A DNA stretch of 64,000 nucleotides from NCBI RefSeq assembly GCF_902713615.1, contig NC_052161.1, positions 52,332,528 to 52,396,527 on the forward strand. The letters are read 5' to 3'. The notes below the pieces were generated by a model, which was not told the origin of the DNA, made no database searches, and saw only the letters and a program-made list of their open reading frames with translations. The DNA comes from Scyliorhinus canicula. Lineage: Eukaryota. The position numbers and the translations under genes were made by a program. Positions 11,501-22,078 of the stretch are shown piece after piece; within the stretch, counting starts at the first letter, position 1; the number at the start of each line of letters is the position of its first letter.

Positions 11501-12457
11501 AATCTCCCGACCTCCCATTGGCAGGAGGTCCTCCCCGACGCGCTCCATGCTATTAGGTCCCTCCTATGCACCGCCACCAACCAGACCCCTCACGAACAGC
11601 TATTTGTTTTTTTTAGGGGCACTACCATGGGGGTTTTGCTCCCAGCTTGGTTGAAGACACCGAGCCCGGTTCTCCTCCGGAAGCACGGCTGGGCGCACAA
11701 AACTGATCCGCTCGTAGAAAGAGTGCTCCTACTCCATTCGAACCCCCAATACGCTTTCATCGAATACCCTGACGGCCGTCAGGACACTGTTTCCTTCCGG
11801 GACCTGGCGCCTGCAGGATCCAACTCCACCACCACTACCGCCGTGGTAACCCCCACGCTACACCCCACCCAACCCTCTGCGACCTGTGCCCCCGCACCTA
11901 TAGGTTGACCACCCATGCTCCGCGCCCCGCGCCTATAGGTTTCCTGCGCTCCCCGTCGCCCGTCGCACCGGTCAGGTACGAAGCTCGGACCGAATCACCC
12001 CTGGAGTCCACCATCGTGCCCTCACCGACCGCCTCCACCCAGCCACCAGAAGAGGCTGTAACCCCGGTGCTCCACCGATCCCAAAGGACGACTCGGCCAC
12101 CGGACCGGCTCAATTTGTAGACCCGTCACCCCAGCCGGACTTGATTTTTTTTACAGGGGGTGAATGTGGTGAATTATATGCCATCGTAATTCACACTGTA
12201 TTGCCTTGCATGTATTGTGTCCTTGTGGGCTCTGTCTGTGAGCCATTGCACGGCTCTGCCCATAGGGGGAGATGAGGAGTCTGTACCGGGCTCCACCCTT
12301 GGCTCCGCCCATGTCTCCTCCCACTAGCTGGAAGTATAAAGCACTGCAGCCGTAAGCCTGCTCTCAGTTCCACTGGTCGCAGGCTGGTTTAGTTGTAAGA
12401 CTATTAAAACCACAGTTTACTTCCAATCACGTGTCTAGTGAATTGGTGGTCACATCA
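8526..12457 (+). mobile_element. Gypsy LTR retrotransposon 'element 1' (inner tier): LTRs 8526-8818 and 12165-12457, RNase H deleted
   Basis: 293-bp LTRs TGTGG...CATCA with about 16 differences by hand count; TSD GTCCT (8521-8525, 12458-12462); PPT ACAGGGGG before the 3' LTR; no TGG-type PBS. Confidence 0.96.
8854..11908 (+). pseudogene. gag-pol of element 1 (two CCHC knuckles, protease, RT with YLDN, integrase); frameshifted
   Basis: CHFCGQPQHTRQHC and CSSCGRKGHYARVC; protease-like CLFDSRCTES; RT SPWRAQVV...YLDNVTICG; integrase HPGVTRL...CPIC, IDFK, HSDRG, GQVEREN. Confidence 0.93.
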
Positions 12458-13764
12458 GTCCTCCGATGAGTCAAGTCATTGGTCTCTTAAAGTGCCCCTG
12501 TTCCACTGCAAGGCTGGTAGTGAGGAAAGTCTAGAAATACCATGAATACGCAACACTTTTTTCTAAACGTAAAGCAATAGCACTTTTCTCCTCTGCACAG
12601 CCTCTCCTTTGTTTTTTTTCAGGTACCTTTCTTTTTTCTCTTAGCCGCTTCTTCTTTACTTCGCAATGATTCCTCTCGCCCTGCCTGCCCTTTTTTTCAC
12701 AGGTTTTCTAACTCGCAGCTGTCTTCAAGTTTCTCTATAGATACACTGAGCCATGGCACTGCCGCCTGTTCTATAATGCGAGTACAGCTTCTGTTTTCAT
12801 TCTTCCTGCTCACCGTCTCGTGAACTATCCAGTGTTCTTCACACTGTGTCACTCAGTGTCTGGCAGCTTTTGTAGTTTTGCTCGCCGTCCTGTGATCTAA
12901 TTAAATGTCTTAACTCAGCATCACTCAGGGCCTTTCAATTTTTGTAGTTGTGCTCACCCATCTTCATGATCTGACCACTTTACACTCCCTCTGGTGGATT
13001 CCTCAACATCTAAGTCTTGTAGCGAAGCTTCTTCAACGTTGTCTTTAATTTTTCTTCTTAGGCACACTTCTTAGTCCACTTCAGCTGCCTTGAGATCATA
13101 CTCTAGGTTAATTGTTTAAAATGCAACCCTGTATGTCACTGCTGACCACCATTTTGTACAATGAATCCTAACACTGCCAACCATGTTGTCATATGTGTTG
13201 GTCTGCTGCCACCCATATGAAAAATGAAATGAAATGAAAATCGCTTATTGTCATTATTTTGTACTATGATGATAGCCCTGATCTCCTAATTCCTGCCAAT
13301 GATATTGTACCCACTGTGTCTCGTTGCCAAGGTGGTGTATCAGTGATGAGGAACTTGAGATTTGTTTATTTAAACATGAACCTTTTATTGTAAGTCTTTA
13401 ACGATTTACAGATGCCAGGTTAAAGTCTTGCATGATGTCATTACCGCGCAGGTTGGCTGCTTCCAGAGAATACTCGCTAAGTCTATAACCACATGACTCT
13501 ATACATCATATCGTGGGTGGTGCTATTCTCTAGTCCCGTGTTAACCCTTGCTTTGCCGAGCACCTTTACATTACAATGGCATGCACACACTATCACGAAA
13601 GTTGCCATTCGCAAACTAACAAGTACTGGACCACCAGCCTCAAATTGTTCAGGTAACTTTACACTATTTCAGCTGCCGTGCTTCTTTTTCGCCCTGGTCA
13701 TTCTCCAAAGCTGGAAACAATATTTATGAAAGAATCATATAAAAATTAAATAGGTTTTACTCAC

Positions 13765-13897
13765 CTTTTAAAGCCCCCAGTTAAAGTCACACTGGCGTCA
13801 GGTGTGCATTCTTGGACAATATTTTCTATAATTTGACCGACAGCATCTGCCTCTGGTCTCGTTACAGCACTGTTGATGTCTTCATAATACAAAAAGC
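13765..13897 (-). CDS. DNTT: TdT coding exon, equivalent to human DNTT exon 7 (GGF[R/K]R motif)
   Basis: Acceptor ttag|GC and donor AG|gtgagt; 133 bp. Translates (G)FLYYEDINSAVTRPEADAVGQIIENIVQECTPDASVTLTGGFKR. GFLYYED is TdT-type (Pol mu has GLQHHQD). Confidence 0.92.
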
Positions 13898-14770
13898 CTA
13901 AGGAGAGGAAAGTTTCATTAAGCACTTTGATGTGTGGCTGCATCCTAAGAGTTAAACCAGCTGGATAAAGTTGGAAGTTGAAAATGTCGGCCCTTTCATT
14001 TTACACCTGGAATAGCTATTTTTTTTATAGATCACAACAGAGAAGATGCATTCATGCAAATGCCCAGTGAAGCAGACCTGCCACTTAAGTTTGAAAGTAT
14101 TGATTTATAAATGGACAAAGATCCCTAAAAATTCCTGGTTTTATCTGCAAACCTAGAAATTAATGTCCAGACATGTGTTAAAATCATTGTCAGTCAGCCT
14201 TGGAAGAGATCGTGTTCATGCCAGTAATAGATTCATTCATCTTCTCAAGGACAATTGGGGAAGGGCAACAAATGCTGGCCTAGCCAGCAAAGCCCACAAA
14301 CCGTAAAAATGAATTTAAATAACATACTATAATGGACTACTTTCAAAGAAACATAAGGGTTTAGTTTTGACCAATTTCGTCCTGGTTGAGTATGGTGACG
14401 TCGCAACTGCAGAGGGCGCACTTTCGCACATGTATTTGTGTCTGTGACATCAAAGCCAGGACTGCAGAACTCTGATTATGAAAATGAAGCAGATCTGGAG
14501 AAAGGTTGAAGCAGATTTGTGGATTTGTCTCGGGATTGGGATGTCACGTTAGTCCCAGTAAAAGCATCCTAAATGTCAGCCAGTAAACTCTGTTTCCCAG
14601 GTTACACTTTGCTGTATTTTGTTTCCCAGAAGGCAAACATGTTCTTACATGTGCTTACGCTACAATTTCCTCTGCTAGAATTTAGCAAAAGCTGATTGTG
14701 GTGTGGAAGAATTTGAGATTGCCATGCGTTTAGCCAGATGTGTTATTTTGGTAGCCTAAAATAATAGATC

Positions 14771-17700
14771 TGATGGAACCATCAATTCAGCGAACACGTG
14801 TAGTTGGATCTGAACAGAGGCTTTAATACACTTACAATGGAGCCAGCCTATTCGTCGTTGAACTTCAGGTGAAATGGCAGGCTGGCTCTAAGGCACTGAT
14901 CTTTATACATCGGTCCCAGGGGAGGAGTCCTGGGCGGAGCCAAAGGAGGAGCTCAGTACAAACTCTCGCGTACTCCCAGAGCGACTCCCCCTGGTGGTCG
15001 GATAGTGCAACTGTACTTACAATGGGTAGATAACGAACATAAATACATGGAGTGATATTGGCAACTGTATATAGTGTGAATCACATTCACCGCATTCACC
15101 CCCTGTTAAAAAAATCAAGTCCGGCGGGGGTGATGGCTCAAAGAGTCAGTCTGTCCGGTGGACGAATTGTCCGTTTTGATCTGCGGAGCACCAGGGTTGC
15201 AGCCTCTTGCGGTGGCCGGGCGGGGGTCGAGGTCTGAGGTACGGTTGCCGGCTCTGGGGCGAGTCTTGTCCGAGCCTCATACACCTCTTGGTCGAATGGA
15301 GACTGGGGGCGCGGGGGGCGGGCTGGTGCTGGCGCTCGGGACTGGTGGGGTTAGCTCGCAGAATCGGGGGCGCAAGGGGGCAGCCGCATAGGGAACGGGG
15401 AAAGGAGTTCCTCGGTGGGGGTGGATGGGGGGCTGGTTCCAGCGGGTGCCAGGTCCCGGAGGGATACTGTGTCCTGGCGACCATCCGGGAACTCAACAAA
15501 TGCGCACTGTGGGTTAGAATGAAGCAGGCGCACCTTTTCAACAATGGGGTCGGTCTTGTGCGCCCTAACGTGTTTCCTTAGGAGAACCGGGCCTGGCGTC
15601 CTCAGCCACGCCGGAAGTGAGACCCCTGTGGTAGTGCCCCTGGAAAAAATGAAGAGCCGCTCATGGGGGGTTTGGTTGGTAGCTGTACACAGGGGGGATC
15701 TAATTGCGTGGAGCGCGTCAGGGAGGATTTCCTGCCATTGGGAAACTTGGAGCTTCCTGGACCTGAGGGTCAGTAGGACGGTCTTCCAGACCGTCGCGTT
15801 CTCCCTCTCCACCTGTCCGTTCCACCTGGGGTTGTAACTGGTAGTCCTGCTCGAGGCGATGCCCTTGTCGAGCAGGTACTGACGCAGCTCGTCACTCATA
15901 AAGGACGCACCCCGGTCGCTGTGCACGTAGCTGGGGAAACCGAACAGGGTGAAGACACTATGCAGGGTCCTAATGACTGTGTGGGAGGTCATATCGGGGC
16001 ATGGGATGGCGAAGAGGAATCGGGAGAACTCGTCAATAATGTTAAGGAAGTAAATGTTTTTGTTAGTAGAGTGGCCCTTTGAAATCGATCGCAAGGCGTT
16101 CAAAGGGCCTAGAAGCCTTGACCAGGTGGGCCCTATCTGGTCTACAGAAGTGCGGTTTGCACTCCGCACAGATCGGGCAGTCCCGGATGACCGCTTTTAC
16201 CTCCTCGTTGGAGAAAGGCAGGTTTCGGGCTCTGATGTAGTGGGCGAGCCGGGTGACCCCTGGGTGGCAGAGGTCATCGTGGAGGGCTTTTAGGCGGCTG
16301 ATTTGCGCGCTGGCGCATTTCCCACGGGATAGGGCATCCGAGGGCTCGTTGAGCTTCCCCGGTCGATATTTGATATCGTAATTGTAGGTGGAGAGTTCAA
16401 TCCTCCACCGAAGAATTTTGTCATTTTTAATTTTGCCCCTTTGCGAGTTGTCGAACATGAAGGCGACCGACCGTTGGTCAGTAATGAGGGTGAACCTCCT
16501 ACCTGCGAGGTAGTGCCTCCAGTGTCGGACAGCCTCCACGATGGCTTGTGCTTCCTTCTCGACTGAGGAGTGTCTGAGTTCTGAAGCGGATAGGATACGG
16601 GAGAAAAATGCAACGGGCCGCCCTGCTTGGTTTAAAGTGGCTGCTAGCACTACCTCTGAGATGTCGCTGTCAACCTGAAAGGGAGTGGATTCATCCACCG
16701 CCTGCATGGCTGCTTTGGCGATGTCGTCCCTGATGCAGCTGAAGGCTTGGCGCACCTCAGCAGACAGGGGAAATAGTGTGGCCTTGAAGAGTGGGCGGGC
16801 TTTGTCCGCATATTGGGGGACCCACTGGGCGTAGTACGAAAAGAGCGCCAAGCACCGTTTGAGGGCCTTGCGGTCATGGGGGAGGGGGAGTTCTAAGAGG
16901 GGGCATGCGATACGGGTCTGGGCCCAAGACTCCGTTCTCCACGATGTAGCTGAGGATGGTTAGTCTGCTTGTGCAGAATACGCATTTCTCCTTGTTATAT
17001 GTAAGGTTTCATTTTTGGTCCGTCTGGAGAAAACGGTGGAGGTTGGCGTCGTGGTCCTGTTGGTCATGGCCGCAGATGGTAACATTATCCAGATATGGAA
17101 ACGTGGCCCGCAGCCCATACTGGTCTACCATTCGGTCCATTGCTCTTTGGAACACCGAAACCCCGTTAGTGACGCCGAAGGGAATCCGGAGGAAATGGAA
17201 GAGGCGGCCATCGGCCTCGAACGCCGTGTAGTGGCGGTCCTCCGGGCGGATTGGGAGCTGGTGGTATGCAGACTTCAGATCCACCGTGGAAAATACCCGA
17301 TATTGGGCGATCTGGTTTACCATGTCTGCGATTCTGGGGAAGGGATACGCGTCTAGGAGCGTAAAGCGATTGATGGTCTGGCTATAATCGACGACCATGC
17401 GGAATTTTTCCCCGGTCTTGACGACCACAACCTGAGCTCTCCAGGGACTGTTACTGGCCTCTATGATCCCCTCACTGAGCAGCCTTCGGACCTCCGTTCT
17501 GATAAATACCCTATCCTGCAGGCTGACCCGCCTGCTGTGGGTGGCTACCGGTTTGCAATCCGGGGTGAGGTTGGCGAAGAGAGGAGGGGGGGCGATGCGC
17601 AGCGTGGCTAGGCTGCAGATAGTGAGTGGGGGCAAGGACCCGCCGAAGTTGAGAACTCTTGAGATTACATTGGAAATCCAAGCCTAAGAGGAGTGGCGCG

Positions 17701-19598
17701 CAGAGGTCGGGCAAGACATACAGTTTAAATTTGGAATAGCTAGCGCCTCGAATCGTTAGCGTTGCTGTAGTGCGTGGATTTGGATGGAACGAGAGCCCGA
17801 AGCGAGGGCGATAGTTTGGTTGACGGGATAAATAGGGAGGGAACAGCGTCTTACCAGCTCTGGGTGTATGAAGCTCTCTGTGCTCCCGGAGTCGAAGAGG
17901 CATGACGTGTTGTACCCGTTGATCTGGACCTCCGTCATCGAATTTCTCAGATGCTTGGGGCGAGATTGGTCGAGGGTGACCGTGTTGAGTTGCGGGCCTT
18001 GTTGAGTCCAATTCTTCCGATCGGGCGTCCTGTCGAGTAGATGCCGCTGCGTTCTGGCGAGCTTGATGCAGGAACACTGCGCTGAGTTGCGGGCCATGTG
18101 GTGACTGCCCGGGGAGGTCGTACTACTCCGATGAGCTGTTTGAGTCTGGGGATGCAGCTAGGGCCCGTGGATCGCACATGGAGAGTGGTGATGAAGATGG
18201 CGTCCAAGATGGCGGCCCCCATGAATCGCACGTGGGCGGCCGGATGGTGGAGGTTAGCCAAGATGGCGGCCCCATAGATCGCACGTGGCGGGAGGGGGCG
18301 GAGCCTGAGCATAAGCCGCAGCGTTTCTAGCCCCGCGGGCCTGCTGGTGCTGAGGGCGATGTTTTTGGACTGTTGGGGTGTTGAGGGCTGGGGCCCTTCT
18401 GCCGAGGCACACTTTAGCATAGTGGCTTTTCTTCCCGCAGCTGCTGCAGGTCGCGGATCGGGCTGAGCAGTGCTGCCGCAGGTGCTGGCTTTGTCCACAG
18501 AAGTGGCAGGCTGGAGCAGTTGAATAACTGGTTTGGGGAGCTGAGGCTGGGGGATCTGAGTAATTAGCTGGAGCAGCTGGATAGTTTGAGTAGTTGACTG
18601 GGACAGTAGGACCGGCTGTGGCAGCACGATAGCTGGGGGGCCTTGCGGCACAGGCTTGGGAGTCCTCAGGTCGGGGGCCCATGCGGGGTTAGCGGGGTCC
18701 GCGGGAAGCGAGTTGAGGCTGCGGAAGGAAACTTCCATCGTGATAGCAGCCTCTACGGTAGTCTCTAAGCCCTGGGCCCCATTTTCTAATAGTCTCTGGC
18801 GTACATAGCTAGATCGAAGGCCTGCTACAAAAACATCCCGCATAGCAAGCTCCCTATTTTCGGCCGCGGTTACGGCCTGGTAATTGCAGTCATTTGAGAG
18901 ATTGTTCAACTCGCGTGCAAATTCAGCTAAAGTTTCAGTAGGCCGTTGTCGGTGAGTTGTGAGCACATGGCGGGCAAAGACCTCGTTCATGGGCCTAATA
19001 TACATTTTGTCCAAAATCGCCAGCACAGCGGTGTAGGAACCGGCTGAATTTAATTGTGTAGAAATTCGGTGGCTTACCCTCGCGTGCAGTAGGCTGAGCT
19101 TTTGTTCCTCCGTAGTTTCAGCGGTGCTGATTTCGGCCAGATATGCCTTAAAACATTTCAGCCAGTGGCAGAAGGTTTATTTCGCCTCTGCATCCTGCGG
19201 ATCGAGTTCTAGATGTCCTGGTTTTAGTGCAGATTCCATGCTTTACTTCGGCAGCTTCTTAAGTGTATTAAATTGATGGAACCATCAATTCAGCGAACAC
19301 ATGTAGTTGGATCTGAACTGAGGCTTTAATACACTTACAAGAGAGCCAGCCTATTCGTCGTTGAACTTCAGGTGAAATGGCAGGCTGGCTCTAAGGCACT
19401 GATCTTTATACATCGGTCCCAGGGGGAGGAGTCCTGGGCGGAGCCAAGGGAGGAGCCCAGTACAAACTCTCGCGTACTCCCAGAGCGACTCCCCCTGGTG
19501 GTCGGAGAGTGCAACTGCACTTACAATGGGTAGATAATGAACATATATACATGGAGTGATATTGACAACTGTATATAGTGTGAATCACATTCACCACA
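14771..19598 (-). mobile_element. Gypsy LTR retrotransposon 'element 2', full length: 5' LTR 19274-19598, 3' LTR 14771-15094; in DNTT intron 6, sense to the gene
   Basis: 324/325-bp LTRs with about 13 differences by hand count; TSD AGATC (14766-14770, 19599-19603); PPT AACAGGGGG; no tRNA PBS. Confidence 0.96.
15146..19239 (-). pseudogene. gag-pol of element 2 (gag, PR, RT, RNase H, IN) with several frameshifts; no chromodomain seen
   Basis: CHFCGQSQHLRQHC and CSSCGKKSHYAKVC; LFDSGSTES; FPYLDNVTICG; RH ...PVAFFSR...SSVEKEAQAIVEAVRHWRHYL...FTLITDQ; IN HHCC and DDE motifs. Confidence 0.93.
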
Positions 19599-20189
19599 AG
19601 ATCGTTACTGCTGCCAAATAGACTGCAGTTCATAACAGGAGCACTACACTGCAAGGATTCAAGGATGACCAGTGAGGATTCAGAGCAATGAAGGAAGAGA
19701 CTAGTGGCGAAAGGTCGCATCAGGGAGCATAGCTGAGCAAAGGACGTTAGCAAATGCACAGGCACAAACCAGTACTGGCACTGGCTGATGGAGGCACACC
19801 AATGGTTTCAACAGTGAGTGGAACTATGCATGTGCCAGTAGACGCAGTGCAAGTTGAGCCTGCATGTGTAACTGTTCTTGGTGCCTGGTCAATATGCATC
19901 AGGAGTTACAGTGCTTCTTCCAAACATCACTGCCTAATTGTATACAGCAAGTATAATCTAGACTGCATGTGTTAGGCAGTGTTGTTTCATGTGCCATCCT
20001 ATTCTTCCCAGATAACAAAGGCAAAAGACTAAAAATGCTTTTTACTTTACAGCAAAGCTTGACCTCTGGCTCTTATGTTAAAGGGTGGTATTAGTCCATC
20101 TCAATAAACACATCTACTAGTAATAATTTTGATGTCTACTGGAATCCTAGGCTCTAAAAATCCATAAACCAGTGAGCCCAATAATTTCC

Positions 20190-21070
20190 TGTCTCTTTAT
20201 GGGGCATGTGGAACATTCCTTGTTCCAGTCCTACTCTGGCCCCATCCCACAACTATTTTATCGGTACATCGATGACTTTATCGATGCCGCTTCATGTTCC
20301 CATCTGGACCTAGAAAAATGAATTAATTTTGCTCTTATCACATTCATATGATCCATCTCCGACATTTCCCTCCCCTTCCTTGACCTTTCTATTTCAATTT
20401 CTGGGGATAGGCTGTACACTAGTATAGATTATAAACCCACTGACTCCCACCGCTACCTCAACTGCAGCTCTTCACACCCCACATCCTGTAAGGACTCCAT
20501 CCCATTGCCCCAGGTCCTTGGCCTTCGCTTCCGATTATGCCACTTTCCAAAACGGTGTTGCTGACGTCTTCATTCTTCTTTTCTCGTGGTTTCCCACCCA
20601 CTGAGGTCGGCAGGGCTCTCAACCGTGTCCAACCCCTCACTCACATCTCTGCTCTCACCCCTTCCCATCCCTCCCAAAGCAGGATAGGATCCCCCTTGTC
20701 CTCAGTTTTCACCCCAACGGCCTCCGCAATTCAAAGAATAATCCTCCCCCAGTTCTGCCAACTCCAGCACGATGCCACCACCAAACACATTTTCCCCTCA
20801 TTGCCCCAGTTAGAATTTAACAGGGACCATTCTCTCTGGGATACCCTGGTCCACTCCCAATCCAGTCACAACATTCCACGCTCCCCCCCACACCCACAAC
20901 AGTATAAATGTGACCCTATTTCTAGTTCTCCCCAGTCCTGACAACGAGTTATCCAGACTCGAAAGGTTAGCTCCACACTCTCTCCACAGATGCTGTCAAA
21001 CCTGCTGAGATTGCCCAGCATTTTCTGTTTTGGTTTCAAACTCCAACATCCACAGTAATTAGCTTTTATC
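20190..21070 (+). mobile_element. Penelope-like element, degraded RT and 3' terminal region (approximate)
   Basis: LFMGHVEHSLFQSYSGPIPQLFYRYIDD...LPFLDLSISISGDRLYTSIDYKPTDSHRYL...SSHP; terminus cagatgctgtcaaacctgctgaga recurs at 33560, 62790 and 31030. Confidence 0.8.
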
Positions 21071-21839
21071 CCAATAATTATACTATGATCACTCAGATTG
21101 GAACCTTCACAGCTGATCCCAGCAGACATTGAGGTAAACTTACTTTAAGCTCCATTAAATTTGTACATAGGCCACTGAGAGCACAGTTCAGGTAATTACG
21201 AGGTCAGGAAGGCTAGGCGATCATACAGAGGAATGCAGGGTTCCTGTTCCTACCCCTGAAAGAAAAGGAAGATTCCACTCCCACATAGCACCATTTAAAA
21301 ATAAAAAGGAGATAAATTTGGGGTAGGGTACAGTCCTTGAATCCTGTCTGGACCTCCAAGTGACCCTCACAGCCCACCAATCATCAGGGTGATACGCAAA
21401 ATCTAACTACAACCATGCACTGTACCTCTGAGGTTGTGAATTATGGTAACTTGGACATAAAACCAGGTTCTGCCATATATTTCCCAGGCACAAGGCATGG
21501 AGCTACATTGATGCACCTTCTGTTTTACCATTTCCTGGTGACAGGAAAGGCCCCAGACAACAAGGAAAAGTAAAAGCCACATATTCTATGGGTGCAGGAA
21601 TATTGCTGTTTCTGGATGCCAATCCGAATACCTGGAAGCTCACAGCTATTGCTGTTGCTGAAAGCTTCTGAACAGTAACAGCAGTTGATTTATTTTTACA
21701 CTATTTCCAGACAGGAGCCTCTTCCAAGGATAAGGGTTGCTCCTGGGATAGGTAAGGGCATTAAGATGAACCAAACCTGAACAAATAGTAAGGTTCAGGC
21801 CAGGTCAGGCAGATTATGCTTTGGGTCGTTAGCTGGCAC

Positions 21840-22078
21840 TCGGGTGGACTGAGGGGATGGATCAGGCCACCAATTTCCATAGGTAGCTTTGCTCTTTAAG
21901 GGGGAGAGCTGACTGGTGGCAATTTAACTTGAGGATCACCACACCTCAGGTGGGGGGCAAGGTTGAGAAGGGCCTTCCTGGATAAACCTAAGCCAGCCAA
22001 TGCAGGAATTGAACCCCCACAGCTAGCCTTGCTCTACATTACAAACTAGCAGTCCAGCCAACTAAGCTAAACCAGCGC
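21840..22078 (-). mobile_element. tRNA-derived SINE of a second family (approximate)
   Basis: Minus strand begins gcgctggtttagcttagttggct...ggttcaattcc (A/B boxes) but continues without a tRNA 3' stem. Confidence 0.6.

Larger units (their letters stand above)
5801..12555 (-). mobile_element. Degraded Mag-like Gypsy element (middle tier); 5' LTR 8453-8525 plus 12463-12555, 3' LTR about 5801-5933
   Basis: Homologous short LTRs TG(T/C)TG..TATTCATGGTATTTC...GGAACAGGGGCACTTTAAG; purine tract TTAAAGAGGG before the 3' LTR; RNase H and integrase remnants between. TSD not recovered. Confidence 0.65.
3548..13597 (-). mobile_element. Old degraded LTR element (outer tier of nest); 5' LTR about 13264-13597, 3' LTR about 3548-3808
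   Basis: Two diverged copies share gatgagga(g/a)cttgagatttgt...tttattgt...gcatgcacac..tatcac. PPT AAAAGGGGATGC at 3809-3820. PBS-like TGGCAGTGTTAGGATTCA (13162-13179) is 14/18 complementary to a tRNA-Leu 3' end. No TSD confirmed. Confidence 0.5.

Noticed and set aside
1-13764. DNTT exon 8 (GHDVDF motif)
   Set aside because: No matching minus-strand sequence found by eye. It probably lies beyond the left edge; a spliced alignment is needed to confirm.
16054-17687. Antisense ORFs over gag-pol (also 10563-11335 and 59462-60233)
   Set aside because: These are shadows of coding frames on the opposite strand.
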